Below, piece after piece: positions 43,373 through 54,645 of a DNA stretch of 64,000 nt. Each line of letters begins with the position of its first letter. The first letter of the stretch is position 1. The notes below the pieces were generated by a model. It saw only the letters and a list, made by a program, of their open reading frames with translations. It did not search any database and was not told the origin of the DNA. Source of the DNA: Polyangiales bacterium (GTDB lineage Bacteria; Myxococcota_A; Polyangia; Polyangiales; Polyangiaceae); the NCBI GenBank assembly GCA_038231275.1, contig JBBRLQ010000005.1:64001-128000 (forward strand). Direction: 5' to 3'. The position numbers were made by a program, and so were the translations under genes.

Positions 43373-45495
43373 GCCTCCGGCAGCACGCGACCTCGCTCCT
43401 CCTCGTGCTCGCGGCGTGCGGGCTCGGCGCCTACGCGTGGATCGATCGCGGCAGCGTCTCGGTGGGTGAAAAGTCCCGGCGCGATCGCAACGTGTTCGTC
43501 GCGTGGCGGCGCGAAGACCTCACGCGCATCACGCTCGCGCACGGAAAAGACGAGGTCGTGCTGCTGCGCGCGACGAAGGGTGACGGGATGTGGCGAATGA
43601 CGGCGCCACGCGACGGCGAGGTGGACGCGGCGCTCGTCGATCGCTTCCTCTCGACGCTCGAATTCGCGACGGTCGTTCGCAAGGCGTCGGGACCGGTGCC
43701 GGGCTTCGACACGCCGCGTGCGCGCGGGACGATCGAGATGGGCGCGGTGAGGTACGAGTTCGCGCTTGGACCCGAAGCGCCGACGCCGCCGGGCGCTGCG
43801 TATTTTCGGATGAACGGCGGCGATCCGGTTGTCGTCGGCAAAGAGCTGGCGGTCGATCTCATGAAGGGCGTCGACGCGTTTCGAACGCGGACGCTGGTGC
43901 CGTACCTCTCGCTCGATCTGGCGCGCCTGGAGGTCCACGGGCGCGCGAGCTCACTCGTGCTGGAGCGAAAAGGGAACGAGCGCGCGTTCGTCCTGCCGGA
44001 GCGTGGCCTCCGCGCGTCACGCGAGCGGCTCGACAAGCTGTGGCGCGCGTTCGCGGAGATGCGCGCGGAGGCGTTCGTGTCCGACGACGTCGCCGAGGCC
44101 GCCGCGAAGGAGCCGGTGCTGCGCATCACGATGACGCCGAAGGACGGGCGTCCGGCCGGCGAGCTGCTCGTGGGCGGTCCGTGCCCGGGGCAGCCGAACG
44201 ACGTCGTCGTCATCCAGCGCGCGCCGAACAAGAGCGCGGCGTGCGCGCCGAAAGGGATCCTCGAAGGCCTGTCGGTCACGGCGGGGTGGCTCGTCGATAC
44301 GCGTCTCTTCTCTCTGCACGAGGACGAGATCGAAGAGGCCCGCCTCGAGTCGTCGCCGACGGGGGCCGCCCTCGACGTGGCGCGCAAAGGAAGCGGCTTC
44401 CGCGAGCTCGCGCCCGAGACGCGCGACTTGAACGAAGGCGAGGCCGACGCGGCGAAGGTCCTCGTGAAGGATCTGGCGCGTTTGGAAGGCGAGATCGTCG
44501 GCCGCGACGAGGCGAACGCGCTGCGCCGCGGCCTCACCGGTCGCGTGACCGTCACCCACGCCGAGGCCGGCGAAGAAGAGCTCGTCGAGCTGGGATGGGA
44601 GGCGGACGAAGGAAGCCTCTTCGTTCGTCGTCGCGCCGACGGCGCCGTCCTTCGCGTCTCCGCCGAGACCGCGCGCAAGCTCCTTCCGCGGGCGACCGCG
44701 CTTCGATCACGCGCGCTCTGGCCAGAGCCTCTTGCGGGAAAGCCGGTCGCGACGATCGATTCGCGCTGCGGAGGCCTCGTTCAGCATGTCTCGCGTGAAG
44801 GTGACGCATTTCGCCTCGCGGTCGACGGCGTACCGGTCACGCCGGACACGGGGATGATCCTGGACGCGATCGACGCGCTCTCCCGCGCGCGCGCCGAGGC
44901 GTGGGTGGCCGACGCGGACGACGGGAGCTTCGGTTTGTCGCCGAGCTCGTGCACGTTCCGCGTGACCTTCGCCGGCGACGCCGGATCGAACGCCGCGGGC
45001 CTCACGTTCGGCGCGGACGGGGAGGGCGGGACGTATGCGCGCCTCGACGGCGATCGCGCGGTGCTCGTCGCATCGCCGGGTCTGCGCGCCACGCTGACCG
45101 CGCCGTTTCTCGATCGCCATCGCCTCGTCGTCGACCCGTACGCGCTCCGCGCGATCGAGATCGTGCGAGCGGGAGGTAAGGGAGCGCGCCGAATGCTCGA
45201 CCCGCACGGGAAGGACGACGCCGGCATCCTCCTCGGCGACGACGCGGCGACCATCGTGACCGAGACCGTTCACATGGGCCCCGCTCGTCCCAGCGAGGGC
45301 TTCGATGCGTCGATCGAGATCGTCCTTCACCTCGCCCCCGACGGGGGAAAGCCCGACGTCCGGCTCACCGTCGGCGCCTTCGTCGATCGCGGCGGTCGCA
45401 AGATGCGCTTCGTCCGCGTACCCGGCGTCGAGGCCACGCTCGCCGCGCCCGCCGGCCCCGACGACGCGCTCGGCCGCCTCCTCGCGGGGTTTTGA
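43369..45495 (+). CDS. DUF4340-repeat periplasmic protein
   Basis: Last gene of the GldAFG-like operon; 'WRMTAP...VD', repeated modules; N-terminal anchor. Confidence 0.7.
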   Translation: MSLRQHATSLLLVLAACGLGAYAWIDRGSVSVGEKSRRDRNVFVAWRREDLTRITLAHGKDEVVLLRATKGDGMWRMTAPRDGEVDAALVDRFLSTLEFATVVRKASGPVPGFDTPRARGTIEMGAVRYEFALGPEAPTPPGAAYFRMNGGDPVVVGKELAVDLMKGVDAFRTRTLVPYLSLDLARLEVHGRASSLVLERKGNERAFVLPERGLRASRERLDKLWRAFAEMRAEAFVSDDVAEAAAKEPVLRITMTPKDGRPAGELLVGGPCPGQPNDVVVIQRAPNKSAACAPKGILEGLSVTAGWLVDTRLFSLHEDEIEEARLESSPTGAALDVARKGSGFRELAPETRDLNEGEADAAKVLVKDLARLEGEIVGRDEANALRRGLTGRVTVTHAEAGEEELVELGWEADEGSLFVRRRADGAVLRVSAETARKLLPRATALRSRALWPEPLAGKPVATIDSRCGGLVQHVSREGDAFRLAVDGVPVTPDTGMILDAIDALSRARAEAWVADADDGSFGLSPSSCTFRVTFAGDAGSNAAGLTFGADGEGGTYARLDGDRAVLVASPGLRATLTAPFLDRHRLVVDPYALRAIEIVRAGGKGARRMLDPHGKDDAGILLGDDAATIVTETVHMGPARPSEGFDASIEIVLHLAPDGGKPDVRLTVGAFVDRGGRKMRFVRVPGVEATLAAPAGPDDALGRLLAGF

Positions 45496-45501
45496 GGAGC
45501 C

Positions 45502-46098
45502 TCAGCGCTGCAGTGAGGGAGCCTGCTTACCCCAGAGAAATGCGGCGGGAATCGCGACGGCGTCGAACGGTTCCGCGCATACCGCGTCGTCGCCGCCAAA
45601 TGTTCCCACGAGGGCGTAAAGAGCGCCGCCGTGACGGAACACCTCCACAGTCCGCTCGCGCGGATCGACGAGCCACACGTGACCGACGTTCTCGCGGGCG
45701 TAGATGGGCATCTTCTTCATTCTGTCGATGCGTTCGGTTCCAGGCGACAAGACTTCGCACGCCCAGTCGGGGGGGACCGTGATGAACGGCTCGTCCACAT
45801 CGTCCCGATCGACGAGCCTTCCCGCCCGCCACCCGCCGATGTCGGGAACGACGATGTCGGGCTCGGCTCCGAGGTGCAGCTCTGGCTCGACGAGGATGGT
45901 CCATCCGCCTGGGCCGCCCGCACCCACGTGGAACGCGCCGAAAAGAAAGGAACCAAGCCCGGATGCGCTCCGAAGGTGAGAGCGCCGTGGCCGCGGCATC
46001 AGGTGGAGGTCCCCATCGAGGACCTCCGCCGTGACGGTCTCCGGGGCGGCGAGAACATCCTCGTACGTCGCGCGCCTCCGGAGCGGGTTGCCGGCCAT
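45502..46098 (-). CDS. Uma2 (DUF820) family endonuclease-like protein
   Basis: 'ATYEDVLAAP', 'EPELHL', 'VPDIGGWR', 'PDWACEVLSPGT', 'WLVDP'. Confidence 0.92.
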   Translation of the reverse strand: MAGNPLRRRATYEDVLAAPETVTAEVLDGDLHLMPRPRRSHLRSASGLGSFLFGAFHVGAGGPGGWTILVEPELHLGAEPDIVVPDIGGWRAGRLVDRDDVDEPFITVPPDWACEVLSPGTERIDRMKKMPIYARENVGHVWLVDPRERTVEVFRHGGALYALVGTFGGDDAVCAEPFDAVAIPAAFLWGKQAPSLQR

Positions 46099-46157
46099 CG
46101 CGAGAAAGTCTAGCACCGGGCCATGGCCCCGTCTTTGGCACGCCGAGGGTAGAGCTC

Positions 46158-47027
46158 GTGCGCGAAATCGGGTACCTGGAATGCGTGGCGAAGCCGATCG
46201 TGAAGTGGGCCGGGGGGAAGACCCGGCTCCTCAAGCACCTCGTCCCCTTCGCCACCGAGCGCAAGATGCGCGTGTACGCCGAGCCGTTCGCGGGCGGCGC
46301 TGCGCTCTTCTTCAAGCTGGCGTCGATGCCGGAGCGGCGCTTCGAGACCGCCATCCTCGCCGATCAGAACCCCGAGCTCGTCGCCGCGTACGTCGCCGTG
46401 AAGAAGCACGTCGACCGCGTCCTCGCTGCGTTGCAGAAGTACGCCGACCGCGAAGATCGCCGCGAGCTCTACTACGAGACGCGCGATCAGCAGACGCAGA
46501 AGCTGAGTGACGTCGAGCGCGCCGCGCGCCTCATCTTCCTGAACCGCACCGGCTACAACGGCCTCTGGCGCGTCAACTCGAAGGGCAAGTTCAACGTCCC
46601 CTACGGGCGCTACAAGAACCCCAAGATCGTCGACCCCGAGCGCCTCCACGCCGCCTCCGAAGCGCTGGCGTTCGCGCAGATCCGTCACGCCGATTTTTCG
46701 GAGGTGTCGAAGGATCGCGAAGAGGGGGACTTCGTGTACTTCGATCCGCCGTACGTACCGCTCTCCAAGACGGCGACGTTCACGGCGTACGCGTCGCAGG
46801 GCTTCGGGCCCGCCGATCAGGAGCGCCTCGCGAAGGAGCTGCGCCGCCTCCAGGGCCGCGGCGTGCGCGCGATGCTCTCCAACGCATGGAACGCCGAGAC
46901 GCGCCGCCTCTACGAGGGCCTCGAGGTCGAGGTGGTCTACGCCCCGCGCGCGATCAACTCCGACCCCACCAAGCGCGGCGAGATCGCCGAGGCGCTCGTC
47001 CGCAACTGGAAGGCCGGGGGTCGCTGA
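46158..47027 (+). CDS. dam: Dam-family DNA N6-adenine methyltransferase
   Basis: 'KWAGGK', 'EPFAGG', 'FLNRTGYNGLWRVN', catalytic 'DPPY'. Recognition sequence not determinable from this window. Confidence 0.9.
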   Translation: MREIGYLECVAKPIVKWAGGKTRLLKHLVPFATERKMRVYAEPFAGGAALFFKLASMPERRFETAILADQNPELVAAYVAVKKHVDRVLAALQKYADREDRRELYYETRDQQTQKLSDVERAARLIFLNRTGYNGLWRVNSKGKFNVPYGRYKNPKIVDPERLHAASEALAFAQIRHADFSEVSKDREEGDFVYFDPPYVPLSKTATFTAYASQGFGPADQERLAKELRRLQGRGVRAMLSNAWNAETRRLYEGLEVEVVYAPRAINSDPTKRGEIAEALVRNWKAGGR

Positions 47028-47028
47028 C

Positions 47029-47661
47029 GTGGACGCGCCGCCGCGGCACTCGCACAAGCTCGCGCCCGACGATCACATTCGCCGCAAGGTGAAGGCCGAG
47101 CTCCGCAAGCGCTTGCGAGGCCTCCGCGCCACGACGCCGGCCGATGCCTGCGCCGTGCGATCGGCAAAGCTGGTCCTCCGCCTCGAAGCGCTGCCGCAGA
47201 TCGTCGCGGCGCGCGCGGTCGCCCTCTTCTGGCCCATCCTCGACAAGCACGAGGTGGATCTCCGCCCCCTCGACGCGTCTCTGCGTGCGCGCGGCGTCCG
47301 CGTCGCGTACCCGTCGATCGATCCCGCGACGAAGGACATGTCGTTCCGATTCGTCGAGAGCGTCGACGATCTCGACGAGCGCGGCTTCGGCTTCCGCGAG
47401 CCGCCGCACACCGCCCCTTCGTGCGCGCGCGGAGATCTCGACGTCGTCGTCGTACCCGCGATCGCGATCTCGCCCGATGGTCACCGCATCGGGTACGGCG
47501 CCGGATTTTACGACCGCACGCTCCCCACGGTCGCGCCGCCTGCCGTCATGGTCGGGGTCGCGTTCGACTTTCAGCTCCTCGCCGAGGTCCCGGCCACCGA
47601 GGGGGACGTCGCCGTGGACGTGGTCGTCACCGACGCCCGCGACGTGGTCGTGCGGCCGTAG
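47029..47661 (+). CDS. 5-formyltetrahydrofolate cyclo-ligase
   Basis: 'KAELRKR', 'EP', 'VVPAIA', '[13 protein letters not shown]', 'DVAVDVVVT'. Confidence 0.92.
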   Translation: MDAPPRHSHKLAPDDHIRRKVKAELRKRLRGLRATTPADACAVRSAKLVLRLEALPQIVAARAVALFWPILDKHEVDLRPLDASLRARGVRVAYPSIDPATKDMSFRFVESVDDLDERGFGFREPPHTAPSCARGDLDVVVVPAIAISPDGHRIGYGAGFYDRTLPTVAPPAVMVGVAFDFQLLAEVPATEGDVAVDVVVTDARDVVVRP

Positions 47662-47678
47662 TAGGAAAGAAGTCACAG

Positions 47679-49340
<1,662 letters not shown>

Positions 49341-49362
49341 GCGGCGCGGCCCGATCGGCGGG

Positions 49363-49929
49363 TCAGTTCTTCTTCCGCTTCTTCTTCTGGCAGTCGGGGC
49401 ACACGCCGTACATCTCGTGCTTGTGGCTGCGGAGCTCGAAGCCGTACTTCGCGGCGATCGACTCTTGGAGGACCTCGATCTGCGGCTCCTCGAACTCGGT
49501 GATCGAGCCGCACTCGACGCAGATGAGGTGGTCGTGGTGCGACGTATCGTCGGCGAGCTCGTACCGCGTGAGGCCGTCGCCGAAGCGGCGCTCGAAGGCG
49601 ACGCCGCACTCGGCGAGGAGCTTCAGCGTGCGGTACACCGTCGCGTACCCGACGCGCGGATCCTTGTCGCGCACGACGGCGAGGAGCTCCTCGATGCTGA
49701 CGTGGTTCGGCGCCTCGAAAAACGTCTCGATGATGAGGCGGCGCTGATCGGTCGAGCGGAGGCCCTTCTTCGCCATGTACTGCTGGAGGAGATCCCGAAA
49801 GTGCTCGAAATTGGGCACTTCGCCGCCGGCGTGCGCGCCGTGACCGCCCGAGCGCGCGTCGGCGCGCCTCCCCCTCGGAATGTTCTCGCCCACGTGTGAA
49901 GGAGTCCCCTTGTTCGGCCGCCTCGTCAA
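49363..49929 (-). CDS. fur: Fur family transcriptional regulator
   Basis: 'ATVYRTL', 'HHDHLICVECG', 'GVCPDC'. Start uncertain. Confidence 0.9.
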   Translation of the reverse strand: MTRRPNKGTPSHVGENIPRGRRADARSGGHGAHAGGEVPNFEHFRDLLQQYMAKKGLRSTDQRRLIIETFFEAPNHVSIEELLAVVRDKDPRVGYATVYRTLKLLAECGVAFERRFGDGLTRYELADDTSHHDHLICVECGSITEFEEPQIEVLQESIAAKYGFELRSHKHEMYGVCPDCQKKKRKKN

Positions 49930-49965
49930 GCCTCACGTCACGTAGAGGTGTATAAGCGCGTTTCG

Positions 49966-51072
49966 ATGCGTGGACGACGGGCGCGGGGTCTCGGGGGATG
50001 GCGGCTCGTCGCGGCGGGCGCCGCCTGGGCGATCGCGTGCGGGGCGCCGGCGCCGGCGCAGGCTCCGTCGCGTGTCGCACCTTCACCCTCGCAGCCCAGC
50101 CCATCGGGCGCGCCAACCCAGTCGGTCGGTGCGGTCGAGCGTCTTCGCGCCGACGCGCGAAAGCTCGAGCCGCTCGTCGGCGCGCCGTTCACCCGACAGT
50201 TCCTCGGCGCGACGTCGGCGCTGCCCCACGTCGCGCCGCGCACGCTCTACCGCGACGAAGAAAAGACCCGCTATTTCACCGCGCGCGAGCACGCCGCACT
50301 CGGCGAGGACGCGCGACGTGGCCTCGTGCGCGACGTCGCCGGAGAGGGCGTCTACTACGAGACGAAGTACGGCTCGCCGCTGTCCTACGCGCGCGCGCTC
50401 GACGTGCTCGCGGAGAACGGCGTCACGCTGCGCGCGGGGGCGCGGCTCATGGACTTCGGGTTCGGCTACGTCGGGCACTTGCGCCTGATGGCGTCGCTCG
50501 GGATGGATACGGTCGGGGTCGACGTCGATCCTATGCTGCGGGCGCTGTACGCGGAGCCAGGCGACCAGGGGACCATCGCGGGGACACAAGGTGCGTCGGG
50601 CGGGCGCGTGCGGCTCGTCATTGGAAAATTTCCGGCCTCGCGAGACGTACGCACGGTGGTCGGGGGCGGCTTCGACGTCGTCCTCTCCAAGAACACGCTC
50701 AAGCGCGGGTACATCCACCCCGAGCGCCCGGCCGATCCGAAGAAGCTCATCGACCTCGGCGCGACCGACGCGGACGTCCTCGCCGCGTTTCACGACGCGC
50801 TGGTCCCGGGCGGCACGATGCTCGTCTACAACATTTGCCCGGCGCCGACGCCGCCCGACAAGCCGTTCGTCCCGTGGTCGGACGGGCGCTCGCCGTTCTC
50901 GAAGGAGCAGTGGAAGGCCGCGGGGTTCGACGTCCTGATCTTCGATCGCGACGACACCGCGACGCTCCGCACGTTCGCGCGCGCGCTGGGCTGGGGCGAC
51001 GATCCCGAGGAGCCCTGGGATCTCGATCGCGATTTGAGTGTAATCTACACGCTTGCGCGGCGTGCCCGCTGA
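49966..51072 (+). CDS. Lipoprotein with class I SAM-methyltransferase-like fold
   Basis: Signal/lipobox 'WAIAC'; motif-I-like 'MDFGFGYVG', 'VGVDVD', 'FDVVLS', 'ALVPGG'. Confidence 0.65.
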   Translation: MRGRRARGLGGWRLVAAGAAWAIACGAPAPAQAPSRVAPSPSQPSPSGAPTQSVGAVERLRADARKLEPLVGAPFTRQFLGATSALPHVAPRTLYRDEEKTRYFTAREHAALGEDARRGLVRDVAGEGVYYETKYGSPLSYARALDVLAENGVTLRAGARLMDFGFGYVGHLRLMASLGMDTVGVDVDPMLRALYAEPGDQGTIAGTQGASGGRVRLVIGKFPASRDVRTVVGGGFDVVLSKNTLKRGYIHPERPADPKKLIDLGATDADVLAAFHDALVPGGTMLVYNICPAPTPPDKPFVPWSDGRSPFSKEQWKAAGFDVLIFDRDDTATLRTFARALGWGDDPEEPWDLDRDLSVIYTLARRAR

Positions 51073-51082
51073 GGGTCGCGCG

Positions 51083-51796
51083 CTACGGGCGCTCGATCGG
51101 GAGACCTTCGGCCTCCCACGCGAGGAGACCTCCTTCGAGGAACGCCACCGGCACCCCGGCCTCCGCGAGGGTCGTCGCGAGGACCTTGGTCTTGTCGCCG
51201 GAGCGGCAGTAGACGACCGGCTGCGCGGCCAGCATGGCGAGTTCGGCGAGGCGCCCCTCGATCTCCTCGAGGGGGATGTTCACGGCGCTCGGCAGATGCG
51301 CCCGGCCGAACGCGGCGGCGTCGCGCGTGTCGACGGGGATCACCGATTTCTCCTTCAAGAGCTGCGCGACCTCGCCCGCCTTCAGCGCGCCCGCGGCGCG
51401 AGGGATGAACGGATCGACCATCTCGTGGAGGCGCTTCTTGCTCAGAGCACCGAACTGCGCGTCGGCGATGCGCTGCTCCGCGAAGACCATGAACGCCGGG
51501 AGCTGCTGGATGCGCAGCTGATTGACGAGGGAAGGAGACTTGTCGACGTCGACGCGGACGACCTTGACCCGTCCGCGAACCTCCGCGGCGAAGGCGTCGA
51601 CCTCCTGCGCGAGGCGCGCCGACACCGACGTACGCGGAGACGAGAACTCGAGGAGGACCGGCAGCTCGCTGCGGAGCACCTCCGCTTCGAACTCGCGATC
51701 GGTGATCGTGACGACGTCCGAACTGCCCTTCTTGCCCGCGCCTGCGCCTGCGCCCGCTCCGCCGCGGGGTGGCACGCCGCCTCCCAGGATCGACAT
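51083..51796 (-). CDS. Thioredoxin-like (no CxxC) - rhodanese fusion protein
   Basis: Trx fold 'FEAEVLRSELPVLLEF...VDVDKSP..LRIQQLP'; rhodanese 'DTRD...AHLPSAVNIP', 'YCRSG', 'LEGGLLAW'. Confidence 0.85.
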   Translation of the reverse strand: MSILGGGVPPRGGAGAGAGAGKKGSSDVVTITDREFEAEVLRSELPVLLEFSSPRTSVSARLAQEVDAFAAEVRGRVKVVRVDVDKSPSLVNQLRIQQLPAFMVFAEQRIADAQFGALSKKRLHEMVDPFIPRAAGALKAGEVAQLLKEKSVIPVDTRDAAAFGRAHLPSAVNIPLEEIEGRLAELAMLAAQPVVYCRSGDKTKVLATTLAEAGVPVAFLEGGLLAWEAEGLPIERP

Positions 51797-51835
51797 TTGA
51801 CCTACCGAGCTCCTTCTCTTCGAGATGGCTCGATA

Positions 51836-53071
51836 TCACGCGTGCGTCGTGCCGTCGAACGCCGTGCTGGAGGGGGCGATGGTCGGGCGGTCGCCGTCCC
51901 CCGCGGCGTGCGCGGCGCCGCTGCCGCCGACGGCCGCGTGGAGCCTGGGGTCGAGCGCGTCGCGCAGCGCCTCACCGACGAGGTTCAGGGAGACCACCGA
52001 CAGGAACAGCGAGAGCCCCGGGAACACGAGCAGCCACCACGCCGCCAGGTGATCGCGCGACTCGCTCAACATCTCGCCCCACGACGGGACCGGTCCCGGG
52101 AGACCGACGCGCAAGAAATCCAGCGCCGCCTCGATGAGCACGACCGACGCGAGCCCGAACGTCGCCGACACGAGCACCGGCGCGCGCGCGTTCGGCGCCA
52201 CGTGCCGCCACAAGACGCGCGCCGGCGACGCCCCCAGAGCGCGCGCCGCGAGGACGTAATCCTGCGACGTGATGAGGATGACCTCCGCTCTGACGAGCCG
52301 CGCCACTTCGGTCCAGCGCGTGAGCGCCAGCGTGATGAGCAGTGTAGCGGTGGTGGGGTGCGGGACGAGCGCCTGCACGACGAGGACGAGGATCAGCGTG
52401 GGAAACGCGGTCAGCGTCTCGACGATGCGCGAGACGAGGCCATCGAACGGACCGCCGAAGAAGCCAGCGAGCGCGCCGAGCAACGTCCCGAGCGACACGA
52501 ACGCGAGAACGGCGAGCAGTGCGATCGACATCGCGGTGCGGGCGCCGTGGACGAGGCGGGCGAAGACGTCGCGACCGAACGCGTCGGTCCCCAGCGGGTG
52601 CGCGCGCGACAGAGACGGCGCGACCAGCGGCGCGACGTCGGCGCCGGACGCGGTCTGCCTCGGCCCATACGGCACGAGCGGCGCGAGCGAGAACCCTCCG
52701 GGCCCGGCCTCCGCGGTGACGCGCGCGTTGTCCCACCCCGCGAGCGCCGCCGGGTGGGTCACCGCCGGGAGCACGTACGTCGTTCCTTGCACTCTGCATA
52801 GAATTGGGAGATCGCTCGCCAGCAGATCCGCGAACACACTGAGGAGGAACAGCCCGCAGATCGCGACGAGCCCCAGCATCGCGTGCCGGCTCCTCCGCAT
52901 CCGCGCGAGGACTTGGCGCATCGTCCCTTCGGGCGCCGGGACGAGCGCCGGCGGCGGCATGCTCGGGGGAACCCGCTCGCTCGGCGGAGGCGCGACGCTT
53001 CTCTTGCGCGTCTGGAGCGGCATCGCCCCGTCGAACGGCTCTTCGCCCGGCGGCGTCGTTCGCTCGGTCAC
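51836..53071 (-). CDS. Peptide/nickel ABC permease (DppC/OppC-like)
   Basis: 'HPLGTDAFGRDVFARLVHGAR', EAA 'DYVLAARALGAS', 'LVGEALRDALDPR'. Confidence 0.9.
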   Translation of the reverse strand: MTERTTPPGEEPFDGAMPLQTRKRSVAPPPSERVPPSMPPPALVPAPEGTMRQVLARMRRSRHAMLGLVAICGLFLLSVFADLLASDLPILCRVQGTTYVLPAVTHPAALAGWDNARVTAEAGPGGFSLAPLVPYGPRQTASGADVAPLVAPSLSRAHPLGTDAFGRDVFARLVHGARTAMSIALLAVLAFVSLGTLLGALAGFFGGPFDGLVSRIVETLTAFPTLILVLVVQALVPHPTTATLLITLALTRWTEVARLVRAEVILITSQDYVLAARALGASPARVLWRHVAPNARAPVLVSATFGLASVVLIEAALDFLRVGLPGPVPSWGEMLSESRDHLAAWWLLVFPGLSLFLSVVSLNLVGEALRDALDPRLHAAVGGSGAAHAAGDGDRPTIAPSSTAFDGTTHA

Positions 53072-54621
53072 GCCGCCACCTCTCGTCGCCCGCGCCGGCC
53101 GAAGCTCTCCCGCATGCGCGGATCGAGGACGCCGTACGCGACGTCGCTCGCGAGGATCGCCAGCGTCGTGACGACGGCGGTGACGAGCACGATGACGACG
53201 AGCCACGGCGCGTCGTGGGTCTCCACCGCGCGGAGAGTCTCCCACCCGAGCCCCGGCAGCGCGAAGACCTCTTCCACGACGAACGCTCCGCCGAGGAGCG
53301 CAGGGAACTGGAGCCCGGCGAGCGTCACGGTCGGCAGCATCGCGTTGCGGAGAGCGTGCACGACGACGACGCGGAACGCGCTGAGCCCCTTCGCGCGCGC
53401 GGTGCGGACATAGTCCTGCCCGATGACGTCGAGCATCGACGCGCGCTGGTACCGCGAGAGCGTCGCGAGCGAGCCGACCGTGAGCGCGACGACCGGCGCC
53501 GTCAGCGACCAAGATCCCGGCGTGCGCGCCAGCACCTGCGCCACCAGGAACGTGGGCATCGAGTAGAGGCCGAAGAGCACGAACGCCAGCGTGGTGTCGA
53601 TCGCCGTCCCGCGCCGCCACGCCGCGAGGACGCCGAGCGGGATGGCGAGCGCGTACGAGAGGAGCATCGCGAGCGCCGTGAGGCCCAACGTGAGCGGCGC
53701 GCGCGCGAAGAGCTTGCGGGTGATCGGCTCGCCGTCGCGGGTCGACAGGCCGAGCTCGCCCTTCGCCGCGCCGAGCATCCATCGTCCGTACCGCGTCTCG
53801 GTGAGGCTGCCGGCCACGCGCTCCGCGCCGTCGAGCTGCTCGTAGTCACCCTTGTGGATGAACCACCACGCGCGCCAATCGGAGATCGCGCGCTCCACGT
53901 CGGCGTCGCTGGAGGCTGGCGTGATGCGATGACCGCGCCTCGTCGCGTGAACGGCGAGGCTCGTCAGGCGATGGAGCGCCTCGCGATCGGTGGTCGTCTG
54001 CATCGCCGCGATCGTCTCGGTCAGCGCGAACGTGTCGACGAGGACGAGGTCCTTTTCGCGGATGTCGGTGCCGTGGAGGACGAGGCGGTGGACGGCGCGG
54101 CGCACGGCCGGCGACGTGAAATCGAGCGCGCGATCCTCCCAGAAGCGCTGCCAGAAGAGCGCCGCTTGCTCGGGATCGGAGAGCACCTTCGCGTCGCCGA
54201 GCCCCATTCGCTCGGCGATCGGCGCGAGGACGACGGCGACGCGACCGCGCTGCGTCGGAGGCAAGTTGTCGAGCTTCGGCAGGACGAACGGCAGCGCGGC
54301 GCCTCCCATGCGCACCAGCCGATGCGCCGCCAGGGTGGACGTCGCGTCTGCTGCGACGACGCGCGCGAGCGCCTCCTCCGCGCGCGTCCGCACGTCGGCG
54401 GGGCGCGCGTTGAAGAAGCGCGGCAGGTCGAGGAAATGCTGCCGGCGCTTCTCGTCGAGCTCGTCGAAACGAAACGGATCGAGCTCGAGCAGGCTCAGCG
54501 TGGCGTCCGCGTCCTCTCCCGCCGGATCCGGCAGGAGCGTCGTCACGAAGAAGACGACGAGGCTCACCCCGAAGAGCGTCGGGATGGCCCAGAGGACGCG
54601 CCGGAGCACGTGGCGGAGCAT
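53068..54621 (-). CDS. Peptide/nickel ABC permease (DppB/OppB-like) with enlarged periplasmic domain
   Basis: 'RRVLWAIPTLFGVS', 'DYVRTARAKGL', 'HALRNA', 'YGVLDPR'; 517 aa. Confidence 0.88.
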   Translation of the reverse strand: MLRHVLRRVLWAIPTLFGVSLVVFFVTTLLPDPAGEDADATLSLLELDPFRFDELDEKRRQHFLDLPRFFNARPADVRTRAEEALARVVAADATSTLAAHRLVRMGGAALPFVLPKLDNLPPTQRGRVAVVLAPIAERMGLGDAKVLSDPEQAALFWQRFWEDRALDFTSPAVRRAVHRLVLHGTDIREKDLVLVDTFALTETIAAMQTTTDREALHRLTSLAVHATRRGHRITPASSDADVERAISDWRAWWFIHKGDYEQLDGAERVAGSLTETRYGRWMLGAAKGELGLSTRDGEPITRKLFARAPLTLGLTALAMLLSYALAIPLGVLAAWRRGTAIDTTLAFVLFGLYSMPTFLVAQVLARTPGSWSLTAPVVALTVGSLATLSRYQRASMLDVIGQDYVRTARAKGLSAFRVVVVHALRNAMLPTVTLAGLQFPALLGGAFVVEEVFALPGLGWETLRAVETHDAPWLVVIVLVTAVVTTLAILASDVAYGVLDPRMRESFGRRGRREVAA

Positions 54622-54645
54622 GATCCCGATGGATCATCGCACGAA

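Noticed and set aside
47000-47030. 6S RNA (ssrS), often found upstream of 5-formyl-THF cyclo-ligase
   Set aside because: Only 1 bp separates dam and the cyclo-ligase, so there is no room.
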